From Welwitschia mirabilis (Eukaryota): 43,120 nucleotides of DNA. The notes below the pieces were generated by a model, which was not told the origin of the DNA, did not search any database, and saw nothing but the letters and a program-made list of their open reading frames with translations. Shown one piece after another: positions 13,444-25,257 of this stretch. The DNA is taken from contig JBOZIK010000001.1 of assembly GCA_051453625.1 (NCBI GenBank), forward strand, positions 38,510,545-38,553,664. Direction: 5' to 3'. Positions within the stretch are counted from its first letter, which is position 1, and every line of letters begins with the position of its first letter. The position numbers and the translations under genes were made by a program.

Positions 13444-15153
13444 TCTTAACCTACCTAGTTTTAATGTGTCAAACTTATCAAATCTAGTATTATACATGTG
13501 TAGGGGTCACAAAGATCAAAGAACTAAGTGTTTTGAAGATGTCTATAAAGTTTAAAGAAATCTACAACATGTAAATACATCTATAACATTGAATATTTCT
13601 ACATGATATTAAGTAAGTCTTTCAAGTTAAGTGTTTTGAACTTATTTTTTGTTTAGTATTTTATGTTTCAAAAACTTGTAGTAAAGATGTCTACATAAGG
13701 TAAAGACATTTACTAGACTTTCAAATGTCTATAAAAGAAGAGATGTTTAAAATAAATCAAAGGAAAAATAACAAAAGATGCTCATAATTTTAAAGACATC
13801 TACATACTATGAATATGTCTATAAATAATAAATATATATGAGCTAATTCATAAGAACTCAATAAAAGACATCAACTAGGGAAAAAAAAAACTCAACTAAA
13901 ATGGAGAAGTGAAAGAGATCTACTATAAATTGAATTCATCTATTCACTTAAAGACATCTATAGCACTTGAAGATGTCTACTAGGATTAAATACATCTACA
14001 CTAAATTAAAGAGTGATGATAGACAAGTTATGGATTAAAAACATCTACATTAAATGAAAATGACTAACACACTTAAAAAAATCTACATTTTTAAAAGACC
14101 TCTATAATGTATAAAAGTAAAAAATGAAATAGTATTTGAAGGGTACAAATCTAGCCATTTGCAAGTTTTCTTTCAAGGAGACTCTATCACATAAGTATAA
14201 TAGAAAAGAAAAATAGAAATCCTAAGTTAAGATATTCTTTTAACAAGTTTGTGGAGATAAAAAAGCTTATCAAGAATAGATTTTTGGGGTTTAGATCTAT
14301 ACAATTGAATAATCAAGAAAACTCAAAAAATAAATATGAAGGAAGATTAGTAGCAAAGCTACATTATTGTGCAATAGATTCATAGAGGAGAAAATACTTC
14401 ATTATTATTAAAGAAAGAATCTTATTACTACTATGTTATGAGAAGAAAAAAGAAGGAGGACCTCAATAGGAGCATCATCTCATTTCATTCTTATTCTAAG
14501 TAAGTAAGTTATTTGGGTTTATTAATCTCATTTATTTCATCTCTATGTTGGCTTTCTTCTTGAGTCTGAAATCTTCACTTTTAGTTCTAGAGATTTGATT
14601 ACGTAGAATCTTTGCTATTTCACTCTTTTTTAATTTTCTTTCCTTGACCCTTGGAAAGCCGTTTTGGTGTTGGATTCTTGTTTTGGATTCCAAGTTGTAT
14701 TGTGTCTACTGTGGCACTCAAGTATGATTGTAAGAGAGATACTTTGGCTATAAGATTAGTGAAAAGCTTAAAACCACAGTGAAACCCTAAGGGGTTGAGT
14801 TGGCTATCTTGCAAGGAGAAACTCCTATGCACTAAGCATTGTAAGATTAGTGGTGAGTCTAAAACCATAGTAAAACCTTAAAAAGTTGAGTAGGCTACCT
14901 TGTAAAGGAAAACTCATTATACTAAGTCTTATATACTTGGTGGTAAGCCAAAACCATGCTTTTGAGTTAAGTAACAAGGTCCAGAGGTATGCAACTTTTG
15001 ACCCTTTGAGTATGGTTGGGAAACCACATAAATATGGTAAGAGTTTCATTGATATGGTAAGTTTTTATTTTCTTACTGATACTTAGTTTTTATAATTGTA
15101 ATTTTTATTAGGAACTCATTCACTTTCCCCTTTAAGTTCAATGAACCATAAAT
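13444..15153 (+). mobile_element. Old Sirevirus-type 3' LTR
   Basis: Starts T(C)TTAACCTACCTAGTTTTAATGTGTCAAAC after the PPT. U3 has many AAGACATCTA/AAGATGTCTA motifs. U5 has ~91-bp tandem repeats and GAGTATGG..AAACCACATAAAT. Ends ATTCACTTTCCCCTTT..., compared with the SIRE LTR 3' motif ATTCACCCCCCTCT. Ends are approximate. Confidence 0.7.
14754..14957 (+). repeat. ~91-bp imperfect tandem repeat (2 full copies plus a partial) in LTR U5
   Basis: GATTAGTGAAAAGCTTAAAACCACAGTGAAACCCTAAGGGGTTGAGTTGGCTATCTTG.. at 14754 versus GATTAGTGGTGAGTCTAAAACCATAGTAAAACCTTAAAAAGTTGAGTAGGCTACCTTG.. at 14845. Confidence 0.85.
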
Positions 15154-18100
15154 ACTATGTTACTAAAAGTAATAATAATAAAACTTTCTAAAAACCAAAA
15201 TTATGAAAAAGTTAATATCTATTGAAAATCATTACACTAATGAAATCACTTAGTTCATCATATTGTCCTATTTATTATAATAAAACATTCTAGATAATAG
15301 GATGTAATAAAGAATTTGATTATCTTATAATGAATCAAAACTAATAATCTTTAATAAGGTTAATACCAAACAACATGTTCTTATCTACTTTAGCCCGTAA
15401 AACACAAAAAGTATTTATTTTATTTTGTTGCTTTTAGAAATAGTTAATCATATTTTCTTATTACTAAATACATTTTATTAGGTAATATTTTACTTATTCT
15501 ATTCTTTAAAACTATTTTATTTTTATCAATTCTAAATAATTCCACTAAAATTCTAGTCTATGAAATACTTAAAAATAGAAACTCCATATGAAACCTTTTA
15601 TCTTAAATAATCAAAACAGGGAATTATGTAGTGGATCAATGAGTAAAAATGAAAAAAAAAAATAGTAGGAGTCTAGATTTTAAAATATTAAATCAAAATA
15701 AGAATTACAAAATGAAATAATAAGAAAAAACATAGAATAAAATACAAGAAGTTATGGTTTTAAATATTAAAGAAACATTAAGATGAAAAAAATGAGAAAC
15801 ATACCTTCATAAAATATTAATAGTTTAATTAAATTCAAAATTTGTTCATTTTTACACCATTCCAATAATCAAAGTTCTTGGATTCAAATAATGTTAATTC
15901 TTACAACTTTTAATTTTTTTAAAATCTATTCTTCAAGATTCTGCTACACAAAACTCTCTTATTATCATCTATCCTTAAACAAAAATTTAAAAAATCACTT
16001 GTAGAATAAATTACATATTTTAATAGACTTTTCTTTATTTACACTCATCTTTCAATATCATAATAAAAAAAAATATTGACTCAAAACTAAAAATACAATA
16101 AAAATGATTCTCCCCTAATCAACCATTTAATTCTATATTTATCATTATCTTACTTTTAACATTTTTCCCCTTATAAAGGTACTTAAATGTAAATATGAAA
16201 GATTTAAAGTAGTAGTAATAATAATAAAAGAACATACTTGAAACATTAAAGGAAGTAGATGTATGCATTTGAAGAACTATATAACAACCTTTAAGGGAAG
16301 AGAATTAGAAGAGGGATTTTATGATACACTACAACAAGCTACACAATGACTATTAAGGATAGAGGTTTTAAAAGAGAAAAGTGAAAAAGAGACCATTTTA
16401 ATTTAAAATTTGTTATTTTATCTTTTTTAGTTGTTCAAGTGTGTTTATACATGTCATATAATTTATTTATTTTTAAAATTTATTAAAAATTTTACAATGG
16501 TCATAAACTATTATAACCTTGAAAATTCGTCTTACTTTTTATGAATGGTTATAAATCTTCATAACACATTAGCACTAAATTTTTTTTTAATTTAGTGAAT
16601 GGATGTTCATGTAATAAATTTTAATGATCTTAGAATAGAAATGCAAATCTTAAATATGTGGCACATATTTTAGTAGCATCCTATGTTAAGCAATATCCAC
16701 CTTTTTTTTTTTTTGTGGTGTGGGACTCATCATGTGATCTTCCTTACATCAAAATAAAATTTCTATGCTCTAAATAAGACATGGTGAATCTTTTCTCCTT
16801 TTTAATTGAGTAGGGACCTACTTGATAAAAAGTGAATCATTGCTCAATAAAAGTTAGCAAGATATTTGTATTTTAAAAGGAAAAATTCCTATTTAGGAAA
16901 TTCTTGATACCACTCACACTATAAATATGTTTCAAGGGAAAAATGGATTGGTTATCAGACCCTTATGTTTCATGTATAGAATCAAATAATATATATTGCA
17001 TTATCTTTTAGTTAATATTAATAAATCTCTTTAAAAATGTGTTTAAGAAAAATGGTTTGGAAATTTAGCTTTTAACAAATACATTATGATATAAATACTA
17101 AAAATAGTTGTAGTATGATCATCCACAATCCATGAAATATTTTCCACCATTTATTAGTAAATTGTTTAAATTATAGTAGTTCTATCTAATGCTTCTTGTG
17201 TATAAACACCTGCAATACATTCCATTATAGTGTTCATCAAATTCTTATTTGATGACATATGTTTTGCTTTTTTAAATATTACATAAGACATTTTGAGGTG
17301 TATTCTCTTTTTATTATCAATATGCAATGTTTTAGTTTTGTAATTAAAAACCTTTTTAGTGATATTTTTTCAATTTTAGATAGATATACAGACTTGTTAC
17401 TTATATTGAAGACTCATAGGTCATACATTCATAGTACATTCATTAATGAATGTAAAAACATACACTTCACCTCTTAATATTTTTGTTGGTAATAATTCAC
17501 ACACATTATATGGCATTAACTCATACTTTCTTATGGCTTTATGATCGTTCTTTTTGAATGGTTTTCTCATCGTCTTATTTAATATATGTGTTTTGTATTT
17601 TAAAGTTTTCATATAAAGATCTTTAGGATATTCTTCAAGGTTGTGTATGCCTTCTAATGACATAGCAAGTCTAGCATGCAAAACAGCTTTCTTCAAAATT
17701 TTTTATAGATTAGTTATTTCCATGGCTAAACAATGCTATGTTAAGAAGTCCTTTCCTCTTTATCTAATAATGCATTTATCATGTAATTACATCAATTTTC
17801 TAATTACTTTGTTGGATAGATCTTATTGTCACTAGTAACATTCACTTTTCCTATATCTTATTGTCATCATAACATTAAAGATTGTTTTCTCCAAAGTACT
17901 ATCATATCTAAATTTAAGGATATGTAACATATCTTTAGTTTTGTAATTAATGATTCCATGTCTCAAAAATTTTAGAGATGATTGTTAGAAACGGAGTCGT
18001 GCCTTGTCCAATGCATTTGAAATGAGCTTTCAATATGCTTTTAATGGGACATCCAAGGTGATGCCTTAAATGTTCTCATGGTGTTTGTGTTCTACTTATA

Positions 18101-18749
18101 TAGACTTGGGTTATTGTTTACATGCAATGCTAAAAATGTAGCTTTTGGATTTCTTTACTTTATCTCTCTGTTGGCTCGTTGATAAGTCTTTTTAACTTGA
18201 GTAAGGGAAACATTGCTAACTCACATTACCCCATGTAAAAGGACTTCTTCCCTTTTGTTATATGGACTTATGTTTTACACATACAATGCCATAGAGCCAT
18301 AAGTGAAATAGAGTATCGAATAAGCACTTAAAATCTTGTTTTAGGAAACCTTGTCTTAATGAATTTGTAATCTTGATATAACATAAGCATTGCATCAAGT
18401 ATATGAGTAAAAGCTCTGATAAACTGCTTTCTTTTAATCAACAACACATGTTGTTGTCTTCTCACATATACATTTAAATATACAATTGATTATCCAGTAC
18501 TAATAATTGATGGATGTCTTATGGTAGGAGTCTCATTAAAATTGATATTACTAATTGCTAAATGGTTCTTAATAAATATAGGATTTCAATAGTAAATATA
18601 TACACAGCTTGAGATATTGAGACAACTATGATCTAATGCCTCAACAGGATTACGAAGACATTTACCCTCAACCAATTGAACAAATCAGACCATTCCTTTG
18701 CATCAACACCATCCTTCACTTCTCAGAGGAAAAAGTCGAGCCGCACATG

Positions 18750-18946
18750 ACTTGGCCACGTATGAAGGCCTCTTACGTCACGTCACCGACAAGACACATC
18801 CAACGTCTTTCTTCTGGAAATTAATAAACTTACACAACAACATCGAAAACTACACACGTGTTTACTAAACCATCTTCCTTCCAAGGGGGAAGACGAGCTA
18901 ATCCATGTCGGTGACGGAGCGCATCGGCGCCGTTGCGCCTATATAA
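18750..18946 (+). promoter_or_regulatory. GLP proximal promoter: ACGT-box cluster, two inverted TGTCGGTGACG elements, TATA box
   Basis: GCCACGTA (~18755), TTACGTCACGTCA (18773-18785), CACGTG (~18856), CGTCACCGACA (18781-18791) and its reverse complement TGTCGGTGACG (18906-18916). TATATAA at 18940-18946, 52 bp before the ATG. Confidence 0.7.
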
Positions 18947-18998
18947 GCGGAATCAGAGACAGAGAAACGCCATCCAACCAAAAGCAAAAAACCAAAAG

Positions 18999-19667
18999 AT
19001 GGCGAAGCCGAGAAACGCATGGATAACGGCGCTAGCGGTGTTCATGATGGCGGCGGCCACGGCGCACGGGGCGGACGAAGATCCTCTACAGGACTTCTGC
19101 GTGGCGACGAACGACACCGGAATATTCGTAAACGGCGTGCCGTGCAAGAATTACAGCGAAGTAAAGGCAGCCGACTTCAAAACGTCGGCGCTGGCAAAGG
19201 CCGCTACGCCGACCGCACTTTTCGGAAGTGTGGCGACCGGCACGTCAACGAAGAACCTGCCGGGCGTTAACACTCAAGGCCTCACTATGGTGCGATTCGA
19301 CTTTGCGAAAGGCGGCGTGGTGCCGCCGCACAGCCATCCCCGGGCAGCGGAGGTCGTTTTTGTCCTGAAAGGTGGGCCGATCACCGTAGGTTTCATTGAT
19401 ACTAATAATACGTTGTTTCAGCAGACTCTGGGTGTTGGGGATATCTTTGTGTTCCCTCGCGCGCTAAATCATTTTCTGGTGAATGTGGGTAATGGCCCCG
19501 CGGCGTCCATTTCGACTCTGAGTAGTCAGAATCCGGGTACATCTCTGCTTCCTTTGACTCTCTTCGGCGTCTCCCCTGCTATTCCTGATAATGTTTTGGA
19601 AAAGGCATTCAAGCTGGATGCCCGAAAGATCGCCAGCCTCCGAAAGGAGTTCGGTGGGTCTAAGTAG
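18999..19667 (+). CDS. GLP: Germin-like protein (cupin_1; secreted, Mn-binding), 222 aa, intronless
   Basis: Signal peptide MAKPRNAWITALAVFMMAAATAHG, then ADEDPLQDFCVA (box A) and the partner Cys in NGVPCK. Box B GGVVPPHSHPRAAEVVFVLKG and box C GDIFVFPRALNHFLVN retain all four metal ligands (H, H, E, H). C-terminal SSQNPG and IPDNVLEKAF. N-glycosylation sequons NDT, NYS, NNT. The ATG follows an A-rich leader; stop TAG at 19665-19667. Confidence 0.96.
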   Translation: MAKPRNAWITALAVFMMAAATAHGADEDPLQDFCVATNDTGIFVNGVPCKNYSEVKAADFKTSALAKAATPTALFGSVATGTSTKNLPGVNTQGLTMVRFDFAKGGVVPPHSHPRAAEVVFVLKGGPITVGFIDTNNTLFQQTLGVGDIFVFPRALNHFLVNVGNGPAASISTLSSQNPGTSLLPLTLFGVSPAIPDNVLEKAFKLDARKIASLRKEFGGSK

Positions 19668-19688
19668 GGCAGCAGGCCTCTATCCTAT

Positions 19689-19694
19689 AATAAA
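19689..19694 (+). terminator. Candidate poly(A) signal AATAAA of the GLP gene (second candidate at 19749-19754)
   Basis: AATAAA 21 nt after the stop codon, followed by a U/GU-rich tract. Confidence 0.35.
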
Positions 19695-19899
19695 CGAGGG
19701 CAAACGAAACAAAATAATGTGCTGGTGTAGTTTTAAGTATTATATTTTAATAAATTTTTATGTATATATTTTAAATTTAAAAAAAATCTAAAATATATAG
19801 TGAGTTCAAGATTAAGAAGCTTATGAAAAGGCAATACATGTAATGTAACTATTAAAAAAAAATGTGATCCTATGCAAACTCTTTCAAAGTAATAAGAGT

Positions 19900-20816
19900 C
19901 TTAAATATCCTGGGCTATGTGATTCTTAAGTGGTATACAACCACTGTCATAGTCTTTGCTTTGTTTACTAATTGTAGGCTATTTAGAAGCTAGCATAGAG
20001 GTTTGAACTAAAGAGATATGCTGTAGAACAACTAGATTCTAAGAAGGCATCTGTGAAAGCAAGGTGCATCTAATAAATGCTTCAATAGCTAGAAAAGATA
20101 ATTAACCTCCAACTAAATTTCTATTACTGAAGTGTAATTTTTAAAGCAATAATTTACAAAATAATAACATTAAATCTTAAATTGAGAAAAGTAGATTCAT
20201 TAATTCCTTTATTAATTCCTTGAAAAATATAAGTGCATTGGTATTTCCATATTACACAAAGGATGCAGGGCTTGAAACGCTCCAAATAAATAAATACTAT
20301 ATTAAAAATTCGGTTGATCTTCAAGAGCAATATGCTTTTAGTGTGGGTGAAATCCATTGAAAGGGTATAAGAACCCACATCCAAGAATTTTGGGTGATAA
20401 AGCAATCAATGAGAAATGTTAAAAATTGCCTTCATTATTGTAGAAAGGGCAGATAACACTATAAATTGCATATGACGAAGCCTTTTAGTAATAAGTAGAC
20501 TTGATGAAAGAGAGACCACAAAAGGTGCTATTATTTTGATAAGGTACGTAGTCCTCAAATGCTTTAAGCCCTTAATATCCATTGAGTCTCTAAGCCTGAG
20601 GTATATGCTATAATTTATCATAATGATTCTTAATGGACATCTCTTTCAAAAGCATATGAAATAATTTTTTTTTGTTTTGAGTAATAATAACACAAACTCA
20701 CCTTTATACTATTTTGAGTTTAGAGGTAAAGCATAATCAGTTTGAACATAAACTATAGTAGAAATATGAGAAATAAAGTCTCCAATTCTTTTCCCTTTTA
20801 AGAGAATTTGAGCTAC
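19900..20816 (-). mobile_element. L1-clade LINE, 3' part of ORF2 (zf-RVT region), degenerate
   Basis: Minus-strand VICPFYNNEG..HF..DC (zf-RVT CxxC..H..C pattern, ~20405-20460) followed by ILCVIWKYQCTYIF (WxIWKxRNxxIF motif, ~20225-20270). It continues beyond the Athila TSD. The 3' end is approximate. Confidence 0.65.
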
Positions 20817-22750
20817 TGAATAAAGTAAAAACTCAATTCTTAAAATGAGGACATCATTCTTTGAGCCTTTGCAAAAATAGATGTGTACTTGACATGATAA
20901 TTCAACTTAGGGAAAGGAAATTAAGTATAAAAAGTTCAAATTGCATCATAAAGAAATCTCCTAGTTCGAATTATGTATGTAGTGGAAGCACACCAATATT
21001 AAACTAATGAAACACTTGACATAAATTTACATGGAAATATTAACATTGTCTTACTAAACTGTCACTTCATATGATAAAATAACTATTTCTCTTAAGTGAC
21101 ATACAATGACATAAAATAATCGGGAAAAAGACTACATATTTAGAAAATTGATACTTGCATTCAGGGCAGATCCCTTCCAGTAACTACAACCTCTCTCGGC
21201 ACGTCTAGCTCTTGACCTTCTCATTGCAGGCATATATGAAGCAACCCCTTATGTTGCATTTCGCAAGATGTGAAAAAGCTAATACAATAAAATAAGAAGT
21301 TGCCTTTCATGNNNNNNNNNNNNNNNNNNNNNNNNNNNNNNNNNNNNNNNNNNNNNNNNNNNNNNNNNNNNNNNNNNNNNNNNNNNNNNNNNNNNNNNNN
21401 NNNNNNNNNNNAAAGACTACATATTTAAAAAATTGATACTTGCATTCAGGGCAGATCCCTTCCAGTAACTAGAACCTCTATTGGCACGTCTAGCTCTTGA
21501 CCTTCTCATTGCAGGCGTATATGAAGCAATCCCTTATGTTGCATTTCGCAAGATGTGAAAAAGCAAATACAATAAAATAAGAAGTCGTCTTTCATGAACA
21601 TTCAAAAGATTCTAAAGATCATTTATAATTCATATGAATAAGCAAAGAAATTTAAACAGTTAAATTTACCTAAGTCATTTTCATATATAAAATATTTTTC
21701 TTAAAAAATTTACTACTTGAATTCATATCGTATGAATGTAATCAGATAATTCAAACATCTCATTCCATTCTATGTAAAATGTACATCAATGTAGAATCAA
21801 AATATAACACTTGCAAAGCTATATTTTTCAAATTGACTAGGCAAACTATTTAACTTTATCAAGATTTTTACTAAATTGTGATACATTTGACTTGAAAGAT
21901 AACTCTTTACTTAGCTTAAAATGGATTATAAAATCATGGAAACATAAAAATTAGGATTCAAATCAATAGGTAATTGATAAAAACTAGCATAGGAATGTTT
22001 ATTAAATTAAAGTAATACCTATTGAATTTGGAGTTGTTTTGATCAATAGAAAGAGAAGAAATGAAGAAGAGAGAGAAAAGGAAGAGAGAAATTTCAGAAG
22101 AAAGGATTTAGAAAATCTCAAAACCTTCAAAATACTTGGAATATGTTCTAAAACAAGTTTTTAAAACTGAGTATTCAAGATTAAGTAGAATTGATTGCAA
22201 CTAATCAAAATAGTTCATCTAGAAAAAACTTCACAAAGTCATAGTCAACCTTATTTTGACCAAGAATATTAAGAAAACTACAAAACTTGCAAAAAACTAG
22301 ATTTCATATTCTAAAAGTAATTAAAACATACTACAAGATAAAATCTTGAATTTTAGAAAACACATTAAGAATGACTAAGAAATTCATTGTGCAAAAGTAG
22401 AAAAAAATAAGACTTAACAGTTCAAAAATTTGTCCAAGTAAAACAACAACAAAGACTGAATATGGCTAAAAAAGGGTTTTTATGGGCCAAATTTAGCTTC
22501 TAACTCTTTGAGAAAGAAAGTTTCTAAATTTTGAGAGGATGCTACTGAGAAAATGTTAGAACCATTAGATTTGTATCTAAAGTGTTGTGGCCAAAATAAA
22601 TACTACAATTCAGTATTCTACTTTAATTTTGAGAAGGAGAGATAGAAGAGAGAATAATTCTTACAAAAAAGAAATAAGTTAAATTTTAAAAAAAACATAA
22701 ATAACATATTTACAAACCAATATACTATTATTGGAAAGGGGGAAAAATAT
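20817..22750 (-). repeat. Athila 3' LTR, truncated (U3 lost); includes a gap-associated duplication
   Basis: Colinear with 30547-~32100, roughly 80-90% identical by eye. Homology stops at ~22750, where it abuts integrase-coding sequence. Confidence 0.85.
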
Positions 22751-22759
22751 ACTAATCAT

Positions 22760-25252
22760 TATGATAAAATTCTAAGATATAATCATTTCATTCTCAGGTA
22801 CACACCTTCAAAGATATGGTCAGCACAATATTTAAACAAAAGAGGTAGTTCCCAAAAAAATTTATGTTATTGAGATAAAATTTTCTTTTGATCATGGTAA
22901 CACAAATTATTAGGAATTTTCCTATGGGATTTAAAACTTACAATATCAGTATATCAAGGCAAAACATTCATAGTAAATAAATTTTCATCAAAAAGAAGTT
23001 TCATTAATTTCAGATGAACCAATATGTATGAAAATACAAGATAAATGATCAACAAATAGGTTTTACTTTTCTAATATATCTTTAATAGTAATATCAAAGT
23101 CTTGCATAAGTAAAGCCCAACGCATAAGATAAGGTTTAGTTAAGGGATTCTTTGGAATGTATTTCAAAGCAGCATGATTAGTAAAGATAATTACAGGATA
23201 ACCAATCAGATAGTGGTAAAATTTTTCAAAAGTAAAGATAACAACTAACATATCCTTTTTAGTAATATAATAATTAAGTTTTGCATCATGCAAGGTCTTA
23301 CAAGCAGAGGAAATAACTAGGGGTTTATGCTTAAGAGTTGAAGTAATACTACACTTACTGTGAAGTCACTTGCATCACTCATTACTTTAAAGTGATAATA
23401 CTAGTTAGGATATTAAAGCAAAAGTGAAGATGACAAAAGATCTTTAAGTTTTTGAAATGCAATTTCACACTCAGTGTCTAAGAAAAAGACGCATCTTTCA
23501 AAAGCAACTTAGTTAAAGTTTTAGTAAGAGAACTAAAAAATGGAATGAAATGGTGATAGAAACCAGCATGTCCTAAGAAAGATCTTATATATTTAACATA
23601 ATTAAGAGTAGGAAGAGAATAAATAATATCAATCTTAGTAGGATCTTATTCTATTACTTCTTTAGAAACAATACGGTTGACAACAATGCCTTTAGTAACC
23701 ATGAAATAACGTTCCTTCCAACTAAGTTTAAGATTATGATCAATATAACAATTTAAGGTTAACTTTAAATGACAAATTGTTTGATAAAAAGAATCACCAT
23801 AAAGAGAAAAATCATTCATAAAGCCTTCTAAAAATTCATCNNNNNNNNNNNNNNNNNNNNNNNNNNNNNNNNNNNNNNNNNNNNNNNNNNNNNNNNNNNN
23901 NNNNNNNNNNNNNNNNNNNNNNNNNNNNNNNNNNNNNNNNAATGACACATTATTTGATAAAAAGAATCAACATAAAGAGAAAAATCATTCATAAAGCCTT
24001 CTAAAAATTCATCAATAAATTTAGTAAAGGGACTAGTCATATACCTTTGAAAAGTTATAAGAGCATTACATAAACCAAAAGGCATGCAACGATAGCAAAA
24101 GTTCCAAAGGGACAAATAAAAGTAGTCTTTCTTGATCTTCTAGAGCTATAGGAATTTGATTATAACTGCTATATGCATGTAGAAAACAATAATAATGATG
24201 ACCATAAAGTTTATTAAAATTTAGATCAATGAAAGTAATAGGAAAATGATACTTTTTTAGTATGATTATTAAGAGCACAAAAATTAATATAAATTTATCA
24301 TTTATCATTCTTGTTTGGAACAACTTATAAAAGGCNNNNNNNNNNNNNNNNNNNNNNNNNNNNNNNNNNNNNNNNNNNNNNNNNNNNNNNNNNNNNNNNN
24401 NNNNNNNNNNNNNNNNNNNNNNNNNNNNNNNNNNNNNNNNNNNNNNNNNNNNNNNNNNNNNNNNNNNNNNNNNNNNNNNNNNNNNNNNNNNNNNNNNNNN
24501 NNNNNNNNNNNNNNNNNNNNNNNNNNNNNNNNNNNNNNNNNNNNNNNNNNNNNNNNNNNNNNNNNNNNNNNNNNNNNNNNNNNNNNNNNNNNNNNNNNNN
24601 NNNNNNNNNNNNNNNNNNNNNNNNNNNNNNNNNNNNNNNNNNNNNNNNNNNNNNNNNTATTTTTTAGTATGATTATTAAGAGCATGAAAATTAATATAAA
24701 TTTATTATTTATCATTCTTGTTTGGAACAACTTATAAAAGGCTCACCCATTCACTATCTACAATGGGGTAAATAATATCAACTTTCCAACATTTCATGAT
24801 TTCTTCTTTAATAATATCTCTAAGCTTTGATTTAACCTATGCTGAGGTTGTGACCAAGTTTGATACCAGGTTGTAAGTAAATATGATAAGAACAAACAAA
24901 GGAATGAACACCAACCAAATCATGATAAAACTAAGTAAAAGCTAGAGAATGTTCAAGTAATAAATCAGTAAGCTCTTTTTCTTAAAGAGGAGTAAAATGA
25001 GCACTAATGATAACAGGTTTAGATTGATTACTACCTAGAAAGTTGTACTTTAAATGATCAAGTAGAGGTTTTAAATCATCATTAGCAAGACTATTTGCGA
25101 TAGAAATATCATTCAAAGAAATATTCATTTTTATTTATTTAAAAACATAATTAGAATCTTCAAAATTAACACATTCAATAGGAGTACCAATTTCATTTGA
25201 ATCTAAATAAGATGCAACAAGCAATTTATACTTAGCATCTAGACAAAGCATG
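22760..25252 (-). pseudogene. Athila pol remnant: RT, RNase H and start of integrase
   Basis: LKPLLDHLKYNFLG..PVIISA; CFLHAYSSYNQIPIALEDQE; YRCMPFGLCNALITFQRYM; EGFMNDFSLYGDSF (FMDD site); SDASDFTVSVV; NYYITKKDMLVVIFTFEKFYHYLIG..TNHAALKY..RWALLMQDFDITIKD; FFWELPLLFKYCADHI..RCVPENE. Many stops and frameshifts. Confidence 0.92.
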
Positions 25253-25257
25253 CCATT

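Noticed and set aside
13342-16597. CACTA...TAGTG pair suggesting a CACTA transposon; 9-bp hairpin at 16573-16597
   Set aside because: The 3-bp flanks differ (TTA vs AAT), the TIR match does not extend past 5 bp, and the left CACTA lies inside the Sirevirus remnant. The right end alone might be a CACTA terminus but cannot be supported.
17259-17870. ORF cluster with a vague SWIM/MULE-transposase resemblance on the minus strand
   Set aside because: No convincing motif by eye; needs TBLASTN/HMM before any call.
18933-18998. 22-aa N-terminal extension of the GLP ORF in the ORF track
   Set aside because: It starts at TTG upstream of the TATA box (18940-18946). ATG 18999 gives a canonical signal peptide.
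18953-19791. Alternative-frame ORFs 18953-19147(-), 19019-19270(+) and 19591-19791(+)
   Set aside because: Shadow ORFs of the GC-rich GLP CDS with no recognisable motifs.
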